A stretch of DNA of 64,000 nucleotides. Source: Desulfatiglandales bacterium. GTDB lineage: Bacteria > Desulfobacterota > DSM-4660 > Desulfatiglandales > HGW-15. Position 1 is the first letter of the stretch; the number at the start of each line of letters is the position of its first letter. The stretch covers positions 320,001 to 384,000 of the forward strand of contig CAXXJJ010000001.1 of assembly GCA_963667015.2 (NCBI GenBank), in the 5' to 3' direction. The notes beneath the pieces are model-generated. The model did not search any database. It was given only the letters and a program-made list of their open reading frames with translations, and was not told the DNA's origin. The translations under genes and the position numbers were made by a program. Shown here piece by piece: positions 20,153 to 31,204 of this stretch.

Positions 20153-21475
20153 ATGAGTTCGATAATAGCCATAGTTGGACGTCCTAATGTAGGCAAGTCC
20201 ACACTCTTCAACCGTCTTTCAAGGTCAAGGGGCTCCCTTGTGGACGATCAGCCGGGTATTACCAGGGACCGCATCTATGCCAATGTTAACTGGGAAGGTA
20301 AAACATTTGTGCTTGTTGACACCGGCGGCTTTGATGAACAGGATCAGGGACCTTTTTCAGGTCAGATAAAACAGCAGGTATTAAATGCAGTGGATGAGGC
20401 TGACCAGATTATTTTCATGATGGACGGGCGCAAGGGACTTTTGCCTGCTGACGAAGAGGTGGCGTCCATACTCAGGCCTTATGATAAAAAGATATATACA
20501 GTTGTAAACAAGATCGATGGCCCGGAAAAGGAAGATCTGCTCTATGAGTTTTACAAGCTGGGTGTAGGCACTATTTATCCCCTTTCATCTGCTCATGGTT
20601 ACGGCTTAAAAGGGCTTATGACCGATATTGCAGAGTCCGTAACAGGGGAGTCTTCTGTGCCGGACAGCCCGGACCAGATCAGGGTAGCCGTCCTCGGAAG
20701 GCCAAATGCAGGAAAGTCTTCCCTTGTAAACAAGATTCTTGGTCTTGACAGGCTTCTTGTGAGTGAACTTCCCGGCACGACAAGAGACTCAATCGACATC
20801 CGGTTTATCCGTAATAACCAGGAGTACCTTTTTATAGATACTGCGGGGATAAGAAGAAAGAGCAAGGTAAAGGATAAGATTGATAAATTTTCAATGATAA
20901 AGGCAATCCGCACCATCGAACGCTGTCATATAGCTATTATCATGATTGATGCAGATGCAGGCATATCAGAACAGGATGCCAGAATCTGCGGATACGCCCT
21001 TGAACGTATGAGGGGTGTTATCCTTGCTGTCAACAAATGGGACCTGGTCAAGGGGGATACCGAACGAATTAAGAAACTTGACCTTGCTTTAGAACGACAG
21101 CTGAATTTTGTTTCCTATGCACCCCGAATAAATATATCTGCGCTTACAGGCGAGCGGGTAGTTAAGATATTCAATAAGATCAATACTGTGTTTGAGCAGT
21201 TCGATATGCGGATCAACACAGGGGCGGTGAACAAGTTGATTGAGGAGATGATTTTAAAAAGACCTCCCCCTCTTGTTGGCCGAACCCGATTGAAATTTTA
21301 TTATGCTACCCAGACAGGTACCAGGCCGCCGACCTTTGTGGTTTTTGTTAACCGTCCAAAGGCGGTTCATTTTTCATACGAAAGGTTTATTGTTAACCAG
21401 ATAAGGGAAAAATTCGGACTGGATAATATTCCTGTAAGGGTGGTTTTCAGGGAAAGAAAGAGAAATCAAAAGTAG
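20153..21475 (+). CDS. der: Ribosome biogenesis GTPase Der
   Basis: Two GTPase domains (GRPNVGKS, GRPNAGKS), DTAG, KH-like C-terminus. Confidence 0.97.
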   Translation: MSSIIAIVGRPNVGKSTLFNRLSRSRGSLVDDQPGITRDRIYANVNWEGKTFVLVDTGGFDEQDQGPFSGQIKQQVLNAVDEADQIIFMMDGRKGLLPADEEVASILRPYDKKIYTVVNKIDGPEKEDLLYEFYKLGVGTIYPLSSAHGYGLKGLMTDIAESVTGESSVPDSPDQIRVAVLGRPNAGKSSLVNKILGLDRLLVSELPGTTRDSIDIRFIRNNQEYLFIDTAGIRRKSKVKDKIDKFSMIKAIRTIERCHIAIIMIDADAGISEQDARICGYALERMRGVILAVNKWDLVKGDTERIKKLDLALERQLNFVSYAPRINISALTGERVVKIFNKINTVFEQFDMRINTGAVNKLIEEMILKRPPPLVGRTRLKFYYATQTGTRPPTFVVFVNRPKAVHFSYERFIVNQIREKFGLDNIPVRVVFRERKRNQK

Positions 21476-22203
21476 GTTTTACCTTTAAAAATCATCTCAA
21501 CGCGCCTGTTTTGATCCCTCCCCGAGGGGCTGTCATTGCCTGCAATCGGGTGTTTTTCTCCGTATCCGCCAAGGGCAATAAAATCCGAGCCGACCCCCCC
21601 TTCTTCAATAAGATAATGCATGACGTTGTATGCCCTGGTTAGAGACAGGCTTGTGTTTGAAGGGAATTCCCTGCTGTTGATAGGTATGTTATCGGTGTGA
21701 CCGTCAACATATACCTGGAATGAAGAAGACTTGATGAATTTTGCAACCTGGTCAAGAATCGGCTTCATCTCTTCCTTTATTTCCGCCCTGCCGGATTCAA
21801 ACATGAGTTTGTGACCGAATGTGAGCTTAAATCCTCCCTCCACCTCCTGCATTACGATCTGGCCGCCGGTCTCCTGCAGGAAATTCTCATCAGATTCAGA
21901 AGGTATCTCTACCGGATCATCCGAACGCTTGATAACAAGAGATTCCTTTAGCTGCTGGTATATCCCGTCTATCATTACGTCTTTTGGCCGATAGACCTCT
22001 CCAAGTTCCTTAAAATTTAGGATGCCGCAGGAGGCGGTGAAGTTTGTGAAAAGACTTTTAAGTGACTTGTCATCCATGGAAGACATGGACAGGAGAAGAA
22101 CAAAAAATGTCAGGAGAAGGGTGGCCAGATCCGAAAAGGTAACCATCCAGCTTGGGACTTCTCCAATTTTTTCTTCTACTGTTATAACTTTATCTTTTGA
22201 CAT
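21466..22203 (-). CDS. motB: MotB/OmpA-family stator protein
   Basis: WMVTFSDLATLLLTFFVLL, GHTDN, NRRVE. Confidence 0.88.
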   Translation of the reverse strand: MSKDKVITVEEKIGEVPSWMVTFSDLATLLLTFFVLLLSMSSMDDKSLKSLFTNFTASCGILNFKELGEVYRPKDVMIDGIYQQLKESLVIKRSDDPVEIPSESDENFLQETGGQIVMQEVEGGFKLTFGHKLMFESGRAEIKEEMKPILDQVAKFIKSSSFQVYVDGHTDNIPINSREFPSNTSLSLTRAYNVMHYLIEEGGVGSDFIALGGYGEKHPIAGNDSPSGRDQNRRVEMIFKGKTYF

Positions 22204-22975
22204 CAATATCCCGTGATGTTCTGAAAAAGAACCCCTTAAAATCCAGAAAGCTGTCTTTTGCAGTTTTCTTCCGCATACTGTAGGGAATCCTTTCCCGGTT
22301 ATCCAGTATAATTTCAACCTGCCGGTTCAGAGCCGGTTCCTTTGATTTCCCCGGATAATTAAGCCCGAATCCATGGGCTACAATTGTCTCGGGAGGCAAA
22401 CCCTTTTCCACAAAAAAATCAAACATGGCTATTGCCCGTTTTGATGATAAAATCATTGATGATTTATATGGATCGTCTTTCAGAATGGATTCGGAAGAGT
22501 CGCTGTACCCGCGCAATTCAATCAGTTGATCTCCTTCCTTGAGAATCTCTGCAATTTCTGAAAGAAAGTCTGAATTTTCTTCTGCCAGTACTGATGAGTT
22601 ATGCTTAAAAAGGACCTTGTTTTTCAGTACTATCACTGTCCGTTCAAGCTGATTTTTTATAGTCAATTGCGATTCCAGGCCATGCTTGAGTGCCACATTA
22701 CGCAGTCGTTCGAACTGGATATCTTCTTCAACAAGGGGCGGGGAATTGGTGGTGATGTTTACCCCGGTCCGTTTCCCAAGGATTGACTGCCCTCCCGGTT
22801 TAAATCCGAAAGCACCCACAAGAGAGTTGAGGGCAAGACGTTTTTTCTTTTTATCAATAGTTGAAAGGCTGAGTAAAAGCACAAAAAAGGTAAGCAGCAG
22901 GGTCATAAGGTCCGTGTAGGTCGACATCCATGCATTAGTATCGAGAGAATAGTTAATTTTCTTTTTTGCGGCCAT
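22190..22975 (-). CDS. motB: MotB/OmpA-family stator protein (divergent paralog)
   Basis: WMSTYTDLMTLLLTFFVLL, GYSD, NRQVE. Confidence 0.85.
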   Translation of the reverse strand: MAAKKKINYSLDTNAWMSTYTDLMTLLLTFFVLLLSLSTIDKKKKRLALNSLVGAFGFKPGGQSILGKRTGVNITTNSPPLVEEDIQFERLRNVALKHGLESQLTIKNQLERTVIVLKNKVLFKHNSSVLAEENSDFLSEIAEILKEGDQLIELRGYSDSSESILKDDPYKSSMILSSKRAIAMFDFFVEKGLPPETIVAHGFGLNYPGKSKEPALNRQVEIILDNRERIPYSMRKKTAKDSFLDFKGFFFRTSRDIDVKR

Positions 22976-23199
22976 ATGGGTTTCCAATAAAAAACGTCAA
23001 ATATTTGTCAATATTCTTTTGCTTTATGGAGGATACACTGCCGGTGCCCTCTTTTTTAAAGAATGCCATGGGTGAAGAAGCTATTTAACTAATGTTATTT
23101 TTTCCTGTTTCAGCTCAATTAACAATTTTTAACTAAGTGATAGAGCGGTTGTCTCTCTAACCCTTCCTGTTGCATCCTTATTTTCAATTATTGAATAGA

Positions 23200-23214
23200 G
23201 CAAATCCTGTGCCA
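23200..23214 (-). promoter_or_regulatory. Sigma54 -24/-12 promoter upstream of motB pair
   Basis: TGGCAC-AGGAT-TTGC on minus strand, consensus match. Confidence 0.75.
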
Positions 23215-23530
23215 TTGTATTTCACTCTTGCTGCGAAATACAAATTCAATATTCCATATTCAAAATTCAAGATTGGAAAGACAGGCTGTTAGGCTGCAGG
23301 TTGATGGTTGTCAGGAAAAGCGGAAGGCAATTCAGGTAAATTGAAGTTAGAGACATGTTTATCTGAACAATGGAGTTTTTGCTTATTCTCTCCTCCTTGT
23401 GAGAAGGGACCGAAAGTGTGGATTAGATTGACTTTTATCAGGAATCCTGAAATTCTCCTCATAAAAAAACAGGGAATATCCATGAAAATAAATATCAGTA
23501 TAGGTCATCTTTCTGTCAGGGCTGAGCTTA

Positions 23531-24487
23531 ATGATATACCATAAAATAAAAGCCAGATACCGCGACTACAACAGTTATCTGAAGGAAAAATTCGGCCAGA
23601 GGGTTCAAAAGATATCCCTTGACGCAGGGCTCGGGTGCCCGAACAGGGATGGCGGTATATCAGGCAGGGGCTGTATCTACTGTGACCATAAGGGATCGGG
23701 AACCGGTGCGAAGACCCTTCATGACATATCTATCGGGGAGCAGCTTTCAAAGGGCATAGAGTGGGCAAAAAGGAGATACGGGGCAGAAAAATATATTGCT
23801 TATTTTCAGTCATACTCCAATACCTATGCCCCTGTGGAGATATTAAAGGAACTGTATGACCAGGCCCTGTCATATGAGGGAATGGTCGGTCTTTCTATCG
23901 GCACAAGACCTGACTGCATTGACCGTGAAAAGCTGGATCTCATAAATTCTTATACTGAAAAATATCTGGTATGGATTGAATACGGGCTTCAGTCTTCACA
24001 TGATACAACCCTTACAGCCATTAACAGGGGGCATGATGTAAAGGCATTTGTTGATGCGGTTAACATGACAGCGAAATATGGCATAGATGTCTGTGCCCAT
24101 GTCATCCTCGGCCTTCCAGGCGAGACAGGGGATATGATGATGGAGACTGCGAAGTTTCTTGCAGATCAGCCCATAAAGGGCGTCAAGATTCATTCCCTGT
24201 ATGTGAGCAGGGGGACTCAACTGACAAAGATGTATCTTGATGGTGAATTTCCATGCATGGAAAGGGATGAATATATTGAGACCCTTATTGATTTTCTTGA
24301 ACTGCTTTCCCCTGAATTTATCATTCAACGGGTAACGGGCGACCCGAACAGGGAAGAACTTGTTGCCCCGGCATGGACACTTGAAAAAACAAATAATCTC
24401 AATCTTTTTAAAAAGAGACTAGAAGAAAGAGATACATGGCAGGGGAAGAAATGCAGAAGTCAGAAAGCATTTTTCACTGACCTCTGA
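23531..24487 (+). CDS. Radical SAM protein TIGR01212/YhcC family
   Basis: KISLDAGLGCPNRDG..GCIYC, YFQSYSNTY, IGTRPDC. Confidence 0.9.
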   Translation: MIYHKIKARYRDYNSYLKEKFGQRVQKISLDAGLGCPNRDGGISGRGCIYCDHKGSGTGAKTLHDISIGEQLSKGIEWAKRRYGAEKYIAYFQSYSNTYAPVEILKELYDQALSYEGMVGLSIGTRPDCIDREKLDLINSYTEKYLVWIEYGLQSSHDTTLTAINRGHDVKAFVDAVNMTAKYGIDVCAHVILGLPGETGDMMMETAKFLADQPIKGVKIHSLYVSRGTQLTKMYLDGEFPCMERDEYIETLIDFLELLSPEFIIQRVTGDPNREELVAPAWTLEKTNNLNLFKKRLEERDTWQGKKCRSQKAFFTDL

Positions 24488-25526
24488 TCTCTGATTTCTG
24501 CCCTCTGTATTTCCCGCTCAACTGCCCGCATGCTGCCAGTATATCCTGCCCCTTGCTTTTCCTTATTATTACCGTGTACTGTTTATCCGCCAGTATATCC
24601 TGGAACCTGATTATATCGTCCCAAGAGGGCGCCATCATCTCAGGATCAGGGCCAGGGTTAAGGGGTATCAGGTTTATCTTTGCCCTTACCCCCCTAAGCA
24701 GTTTTGCCACCATGAGAGCATCTTCATCCCGGTCGTTTACACCCTTTATGAGAATATATTCAAAGGTTATCATCCTGCGGTTCGGAAGGGGAAATTCTTT
24801 ACACGCATCGATGAGGCTTTTCAGGTTATATGTTTTGTTTACAGGCATGATACGGTTTCTGGTTTCATCATCCCCTGCATTAAGGGACACCGCAAGGTTT
24901 ACAGGTGAGTCTTTGCCCAACCTTCTTATAAATGGAACCAGACCGGATGTTGAAAGGGTTATCTTCCTGCGTGAAAAATTGAGGGCATTATCGTCAATCA
25001 TGTTGTTCATTGCCGTTATAACAGCATCATAGTTCGCAAGAGGTTCCCCCATTCCCATGAGCACAATATTTGTAAGCTTATCGGGATCAGCCATGGATTT
25101 CCTGGTCTCAATAACCTGTTCGCAGATTTCAGCAGGGGTAAGATTCCTCTTGAGTCCCTGGCGCGCGGTGTGGCAAAAGGCACATCCCATTGCACATCCT
25201 GCCTGGGACGATATACACAATGTAAAATGATCCTTTTCCGGTATAAGAACAGACTCTATTAAATGGCCGTCATGAAGTTTAAACAGATATTTTTCAGTAG
25301 TGTCTTCGGAAACCTGGGTTTTAATCTTTTCTATACGGCTGATAAAGGCCTTTTCCTTCAGCAGTTCCCTGATGGAAATGGAAACATTGGTCATTTCATC
25401 AAAGGATGTTACCATTTTTTTAAAGAGCCATTGCCTTATCTGCCCGGCCCTGTAGGATTCGAGACCAAGCTCCTTTACCCAATCACCGGTTTCAGCCGAG
25501 GAAAGCGATTTTAAATCCGTCTTCAT
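24474..25526 (-). CDS. rlmN: 23S rRNA m2A2503 methyltransferase RlmN
   Basis: CISSQAGCAMGCAFC, MGMGEP, AACGQL. Confidence 0.95.
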   Translation of the reverse strand: MKTDLKSLSSAETGDWVKELGLESYRAGQIRQWLFKKMVTSFDEMTNVSISIRELLKEKAFISRIEKIKTQVSEDTTEKYLFKLHDGHLIESVLIPEKDHFTLCISSQAGCAMGCAFCHTARQGLKRNLTPAEICEQVIETRKSMADPDKLTNIVLMGMGEPLANYDAVITAMNNMIDDNALNFSRRKITLSTSGLVPFIRRLGKDSPVNLAVSLNAGDDETRNRIMPVNKTYNLKSLIDACKEFPLPNRRMITFEYILIKGVNDRDEDALMVAKLLRGVRAKINLIPLNPGPDPEMMAPSWDDIIRFQDILADKQYTVIIRKSKGQDILAACGQLSGKYRGQKSEIRGQ

Positions 25527-25533
25527 TGTAAGT

Positions 25534-26193
25534 CTATCTGCCTTCCTTCATTGTCCTGAGTTTTGCCAGCTCCCAGACATAATCATAGAGGTGGAGCCCC
25601 TTGCTTGATGCAATTATCTCACCATCATCAACTCCGATACTTGAGGCCATATACTCCTTTAACAGCTGGATACCGCCAAGATTGGCCGGAAAACCGTTCC
25701 ACAGGTCCCATGACCTGAAATAGACAATAAAATGAAGCTTGTTATCCCTTACCCGGGTATCAATACCCCTGAGGCACGGCGGATCATTAAGGAAAATAGC
25801 GTCAGGTTCACCAACGGTCATGTAGGCCTGGTTTGTGCCGTGACCGTCTTCCCTGTACATGCGGATAACCTCGTCGATCTGTTTTTCAAGATACTGCCCG
25901 TATGTGTAATCCTCCCCTTCCTTTTTGGCTGAGGTCATAAGATAGGGAAGATATTCTTCTATGTATCCCTCTGCAACAGGATTTGGAATACCAAGTCCCG
26001 GGGGAATATCAGGGATCAGGGGCCTTACACCGGGATGTTTTATATGAACGGTTATGTAGTCATATTCAAGCCTTTTCTGGCCCTCAAAGCTGCCCCTGTC
26101 AATAACGTATTCTGATCCTGCCTCAAGTATCCTGTATACACACTGAAACCATGCATCAGGAAGGTCACGTGCCTCAATAGTCTCCAGTTTCAT
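25534..26193 (-). CDS. thyA: Thymidylate synthase (short, archaeal-like type)
   Basis: YTYG, DPPCLR, FRSWD..GFPAN, LHLY. Confidence 0.82.
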   Translation of the reverse strand: MKLETIEARDLPDAWFQCVYRILEAGSEYVIDRGSFEGQKRLEYDYITVHIKHPGVRPLIPDIPPGLGIPNPVAEGYIEEYLPYLMTSAKKEGEDYTYGQYLEKQIDEVIRMYREDGHGTNQAYMTVGEPDAIFLNDPPCLRGIDTRVRDNKLHFIVYFRSWDLWNGFPANLGGIQLLKEYMASSIGVDDGEIIASSKGLHLYDYVWELAKLRTMKEGR

Positions 26194-26285
26194 AATATGC
26201 TCCTTATTTACCAGCCAAAGATATTTTCATATGAGTAAATTACCTATGAAGCCGTTTTTGTCAATAATAAGAGTTTTTTATTTTA

Positions 26286-28295
26286 TTACACCCCAAAAAC
26301 CTCGCTACAGCTTTGGTTGAAGTATTCACAGGCATCAGTGAAGGCATAGGGTTTCCCGATAAAAATAAGTATATCCCCGGCATTGATAACAAAACTGCTT
26401 TCAGGATTGCTGACAGTGCTTCCGCCTCTTTGAACTGCCAGCAGGGTTATTCCAAACTGATTTCGAAGCTGCAGCTCGCTGAGAGACCTGCCGGCTACAG
26501 TTGAATCAGGGTCTATTCTGAATGTCCCTATCTCTATATCCGGCAGCTGGTATTTCAGATCTGCAAAACTGTTGGATGCCTTTTCCCTGGATCTGAGCAT
26601 CTGATAGCCTCCGGTGCGTATGTCACTGACATGTTTGTCAATCTCACTTTTAGGAATAAGGTACTTGGAAAGTGCCCTGCTGAATATCTCTATGGAGGTT
26701 TCAAATTCTTCAGGTATTATCTCATTTGCCCCCAGCCGGGCCAGTTCCTCAACCTCTGACATAAATCTCGTACGGGCAATTATATATATCTTCGGATTTA
26801 TTTTTCTTGCCGTATCCACAACCCTTTGAGTCGCTGCCGGATCGGCAATAACAACAACCAGTATCCTTGCTTCTGAAATACCCGCTCCTTTAAGCACCTC
26901 TTCCCTGGTTGCATCACCGAAAAATATGGGTTCTCCCTTTTTCCTCTCGGCTGAGACGGTGTCAGGGTTTGTCTCAACTACCCTGTAGCTAATGCCCGAG
27001 GCCTTCAATGTCTTTGCCAGATTCCTGCCGTTGAGTCCGAAGCCGATAATGATGATATGATCCGTAATCTTATTATCAATAATCCCGGCTGTCAGATCAT
27101 TTCGCCACCCGGTTAAAAGACGGTTTCTTATCTGGATTTTGTCCACCTTTGATGCGATCAGGTGGGAAAGGTATATCATAGCAGGTGTCAGGCCCATGGA
27201 GATTACCGCAATATTTAAAAACAACTGGTAGTATTCGCCCCTGAAAAGTCCCAGATCTACACCCTTCATAAAGAGTATAAAGCTGAATTCACCTACCTGG
27301 CACAGAGAAAGCCCTGTCAGTAAGGCGATGCGGAGGGGCAACCCGACAATTAGCACTGCAATTATAACCACAAGACATTTAATCAGTATAATGGACAGAG
27401 TCATTAAGGTTACCTGAAGAGGGTGTTCCAGAAGAAAGCCCAAATTCAGGAGCATGCCCATGGATACAAAGAAGATGCTCGTGAAAATATCCTTAAAAGG
27501 GAGAATGCTTCCAAGCGTTTCATGGCTGAACTCTGTTTCCGAGATAATAAGCCCGGCAAGAAACGCGCCAAGGGAAAGTGACAGGCCGACATAGTATGTC
27601 AAAAATGCTACTGAAAAGCATATAAAGATGATACTTAAAAGAAAAAGCTCCCGGCTTCTTACCCTTGCTATTAAAAAAAGGACCTTGGGGACAATCCACC
27701 TTGCACTTAATATTACCAGTACAATTATTCCTCCACCCTTAAGAAGACCGAGTGCGGCACCTAATATATTTTCCGATGAACCTCCTGCCATGAGAGGGAG
27801 TATGATCATCATGGGTACGACAATAATATCCTGAAAAATCAGGAGAGCAAGAGAGGTCCGACCCTGGGGAGTTTCTATCTCGGCCCTGTCCTGGAATATC
27901 TTAAGGACAATTGCCGTACTGCTCAATGCCACAAGAAACCCGGCGAACAATCCGTGGATAACAGGCATCCCTGCCTTTAAGGCAATAAAAAAGGTTATAA
28001 GAATGGTAATCAGTACCTGGGCTGAGCCTCCAAGCAGGACAGTCCTCTTCACACGAAGCAGGTTTTCCATTGAAAATTCAATGCCTATTGTAAAGAGCAG
28101 CAGGACAACCCCTATTTCTGCAAGGATCTCAACCTCATCGACTGAATGAATCAGACCCAGGCCATGGGGACCGGCAATAATGCCGGTTATTAAAAGCCCC
28201 ACGGTTGCGGGGATGTATATCCTGGAGCATATAAAAATAACAACGATTGCCAGCCCGAATATAATGATGATGTCTTTAAGGATCGGTATTTCCAT
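26286..28295 (-). CDS. CPA2 cation:proton antiporter (Kef-type) with TrkA-N/TrkA-C domains
   Basis: Multiple TMs, LSSTAIV, IIIGFGLNG, GDATREE. Confidence 0.9.
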   Translation of the reverse strand: MEIPILKDIIIIFGLAIVVIFICSRIYIPATVGLLITGIIAGPHGLGLIHSVDEVEILAEIGVVLLLFTIGIEFSMENLLRVKRTVLLGGSAQVLITILITFFIALKAGMPVIHGLFAGFLVALSSTAIVLKIFQDRAEIETPQGRTSLALLIFQDIIVVPMMIILPLMAGGSSENILGAALGLLKGGGIIVLVILSARWIVPKVLFLIARVRSRELFLLSIIFICFSVAFLTYYVGLSLSLGAFLAGLIISETEFSHETLGSILPFKDIFTSIFFVSMGMLLNLGFLLEHPLQVTLMTLSIILIKCLVVIIAVLIVGLPLRIALLTGLSLCQVGEFSFILFMKGVDLGLFRGEYYQLFLNIAVISMGLTPAMIYLSHLIASKVDKIQIRNRLLTGWRNDLTAGIIDNKITDHIIIIGFGLNGRNLAKTLKASGISYRVVETNPDTVSAERKKGEPIFFGDATREEVLKGAGISEARILVVVIADPAATQRVVDTARKINPKIYIIARTRFMSEVEELARLGANEIIPEEFETSIEIFSRALSKYLIPKSEIDKHVSDIRTGGYQMLRSREKASNSFADLKYQLPDIEIGTFRIDPDSTVAGRSLSELQLRNQFGITLLAVQRGGSTVSNPESSFVINAGDILIFIGKPYAFTDACEYFNQSCSEVFGV

Positions 28296-28563
28296 GGTTT
28301 TCTGTTTATAAAATAGTGTATTAAGCTGCCTGAACATGAAAACGAATGGATGCCAGATTACCATATTGTATGGCTATATTAAACCAGGTTTTTAAAGCTG
28401 TCGGCACAACCGGGTTTCCCGCATCTCCTCAAAATGACAGCAGGATAAAATCTTACGGGGCAGATCAATTCAGGGGAATGAAAAAAACATTTGTGTTTAG
28501 CCCCCGGGATATCGTAACTTTATCTCATTCCATAATAGTTAAACAGACAGGGAGAAATTTAAA

Positions 28564-29103
28564 ATGGTAATGCCCGAAATACAAAAAAGAAGGAGTATAA
28601 GAAAGTTCAACGACCAGCCTGTTGAGCCGGAAAAAATAGACATAATAATCGAGGCCGCTCTAAGATCCCCTTCTTCCATGGGAAGAGACCCGTGGGAATT
28701 CATTGTTGTTGATGACAAAGAGATGCTTGAAAAACTCTCAAAGGCCAAACCCCATGGCTCCGCATTTTTAAAGGGCGCGGCCCTGGGCATTGTGGTTTGT
28801 GCAGATAAAAACAAGAGTGATGTGTGGATCGAGGACACCTCAATCGCCTCCACGCATATCTATCTCGCCGCAGAATCACTGGGGCTTGGCGCCTGCTGGA
28901 TACAATTGCGAAAGAGGAATTTTTCGTATGATATGACCGCAGGGCAGTATGCCGCATCGCTCTTAAGCCTTCCGGAAGGAATGGAGGTTCTTTCAATAAT
29001 GGCAATAGGCTACGCAGCAGAAGAAAAAAGCCCCCATAAAAAGGAAAGCCTCAAATATGATCGTATTCATAAAAATATGTATGGGATTAAGATACAGGAT
29101 TAA
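28564..29103 (+). CDS. Nitroreductase family protein
   Basis: RRSIRKF, SPSS..PWEFIVV, GLGACW. Confidence 0.9.
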   Translation: MVMPEIQKRRSIRKFNDQPVEPEKIDIIIEAALRSPSSMGRDPWEFIVVDDKEMLEKLSKAKPHGSAFLKGAALGIVVCADKNKSDVWIEDTSIASTHIYLAAESLGLGACWIQLRKRNFSYDMTAGQYAASLLSLPEGMEVLSIMAIGYAAEEKSPHKKESLKYDRIHKNMYGIKIQD

Positions 29104-29197
29104 AACCGGGAAAAGGCAGAAAAAATCCTCTAACCCGGATAATTAACCCGATAAACCGGCTATTAAAAGTCACAGTGAAGCAGAGGAAGGAAAAACC

Positions 29198-29602
29198 ATG
29201 CCAATCACCATTAAATCCATATCGGAATATAACCTGGTTATTATCACTCATACAGGTGAGATTAAAGATGATGAGTTCCTTGAATTTTATTCACGACATT
29301 TCAAAGGAGAAATATATGGTCCATCTAAAAAAGCGTTGATCGATTTACGTGAAGCTGACAGCCGACCCAGAAACCCGGAGACCCTCCGTCAATTAGCCGG
29401 TTTTGTGATGGAGCACTTCAACAACTCCTCTGAGCCTCCAAAAGTCGCGGTAATTGCACCAAAATCTCTTACCTTTGGGCTCGCAAGAATGTACCAGTCC
29501 TATACTGATTCCATGCCCTGGGAGTTTGTCGTATTTCGAGCTGTTGACGCTGCTCTTGCATGGCTCAATGTGCCCGAGGATATAATTGCCTGTGAGGGAT
29601 GA
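29198..29602 (+). CDS. Hypothetical protein (STAS/SEC14-like)
   Basis: LIDLR, KVAVIAP..FGLARMY..ALAWL. Confidence 0.6.
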   Translation: MPITIKSISEYNLVIITHTGEIKDDEFLEFYSRHFKGEIYGPSKKALIDLREADSRPRNPETLRQLAGFVMEHFNNSSEPPKVAVIAPKSLTFGLARMYQSYTDSMPWEFVVFRAVDAALAWLNVPEDIIACEG

Positions 29603-29697
29603 TAGCCCTGAGCTGATTTTACAGTTGATTTTGTATATTTTGAAAAAAGGTGCTATTTAAGGAATGCTTACAGAGATTATCTTTTCGGAGGAAGGGC

Positions 29698-30432
29698 ATG
29701 AAATTACTGTTTATCTTTTTGACACTCATCCTGGTGATTTCACCGGGCAAAACAAATGTATATTCTGCCGATAAAAAATCTGTTGATGAGATTTCGAATC
29801 AGCAAAAGCTGTGTGCCCTGACCTTTGATGACGGTCCCGGTTCGGATCCCGAATTAACTCCGCTGGTTCTGGATAAGCTTAAGGCCTATGGGATAAGGGC
29901 GACATTTTTTCTGGTCGGACAGAATATAAATGATGCCACAAAGGGTGTTGTTGAACGTATGGTTTCCGATGGCCATGAGATTGGTAATCATTCCTGGACA
30001 TATGACGATATGGCCGGGATGAGCGCTGATGAGATAAAGAAATCTGTAAATGATACTGCTAGAGTTATTAAGAAATACGCCGGAGTTGCGCCGGTTTTTT
30101 TCCGGCCTCCAAATCTTTCAACAAGCAGCACCATGTATAAGGCCATTGATATGCCCTTTGCAGGGGGTATTGTTGCCGGAGACTGGCCGGGCGGAGGTGG
30201 TGATACGGTTGAGCATATCATGCAGAAACTTGAGCCCGGGATAAGAGACGGCGCCATAATCCTCCTTCATGATGTTCAGCCAAAACCGCATCCGACTCCT
30301 GAGGCGCTTGATACATTAATCCCGAAGCTTTTAAAAGAGGGGTATGAGTTTGTGACATTAAGTGAACTCTTTAAAAGAAAAGGCGCTGTACCGGATTCTG
30401 AAACACAAGACATGTATGTATATGTAGAATAA
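29698..30432 (+). CDS. Polysaccharide deacetylase (CE4/NodB)
   Basis: LTFDDGP, GHEIGNHSW, FRPP, ILLHD; signal peptide. Confidence 0.9.
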   Translation: MKLLFIFLTLILVISPGKTNVYSADKKSVDEISNQQKLCALTFDDGPGSDPELTPLVLDKLKAYGIRATFFLVGQNINDATKGVVERMVSDGHEIGNHSWTYDDMAGMSADEIKKSVNDTARVIKKYAGVAPVFFRPPNLSTSSTMYKAIDMPFAGGIVAGDWPGGGGDTVEHIMQKLEPGIRDGAIILLHDVQPKPHPTPEALDTLIPKLLKEGYEFVTLSELFKRKGAVPDSETQDMYVYVE

Positions 30433-30455
30433 CCGGAAATGGAGGTCCTGCTCAA

Positions 30456-31172
30456 ATGAGTGAAGCAAAACAGAAAATAGCATTATTCATAGACGCGGAT
30501 AACGCACCGGCAAACAAGTTTGAAGACGTCCTGAGCGAGGTTGCCAAATATGGAGTTGTAACAATAAGGAAGGCATACGGGAACTGGAAGTCTCCAACGC
30601 TGAAACCATGGGAAGATATTTTACATGAATATGCAATCCAGCCGGTGCAGCAGTTTGACATAATCAAGGGCAAAAATGCCTCGGATATAGCCCTGGTTAT
30701 TGACGCAATGGATGTCATGTATACAAAGGATATTGATGTAATGGGATTTGTTTCTTCTGACTGTGATTTTACCCCGCTTGTTACACGCGCCATTGCCGAG
30801 GGTAAGGTTGCCCTGGGATTCGGCGAACGTAAGACCCCTTCACCCTTTGTGGCGGCATGCTCAAAATTTCTGTTTCTGGATGAGGAACCCAAACAGAACG
30901 GAGAGGCCCAGGAAAAACCTAAAAATTTAAAATCCGATACAAAGCTTATTAATCTGCTGCGCCAGGCAGTTGAAGCAACAGAGGAAGAAAACGGCTGGGC
31001 AGGTCTTGGTCCGGTTGGAGCCCATATATCCAATAAAACATCATTTGACAGCAGGAATTACGGTTACGCAAAATTAAGCAGTCTTTTTAAGGCTATTGAC
31101 CTGTTCGAGATCAAGAGAAATTCGGATAATTCCTATATAGTAAGGGATGCACGGAAGAAAAAGATAACTTAA
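30456..31172 (+). CDS. NYN-domain protein with OST-HTH/LOTUS domain
   Basis: FIDADN, KGKNASDIALVIDAMD, SSDCDF, FDSRNYG. Confidence 0.9.
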   Translation: MSEAKQKIALFIDADNAPANKFEDVLSEVAKYGVVTIRKAYGNWKSPTLKPWEDILHEYAIQPVQQFDIIKGKNASDIALVIDAMDVMYTKDIDVMGFVSSDCDFTPLVTRAIAEGKVALGFGERKTPSPFVAACSKFLFLDEEPKQNGEAQEKPKNLKSDTKLINLLRQAVEATEEENGWAGLGPVGAHISNKTSFDSRNYGYAKLSSLFKAIDLFEIKRNSDNSYIVRDARKKKIT

Positions 31173-31204
31173 TTTTGGAATAATTAAAAAGGACTTTATT
31201 GTAA

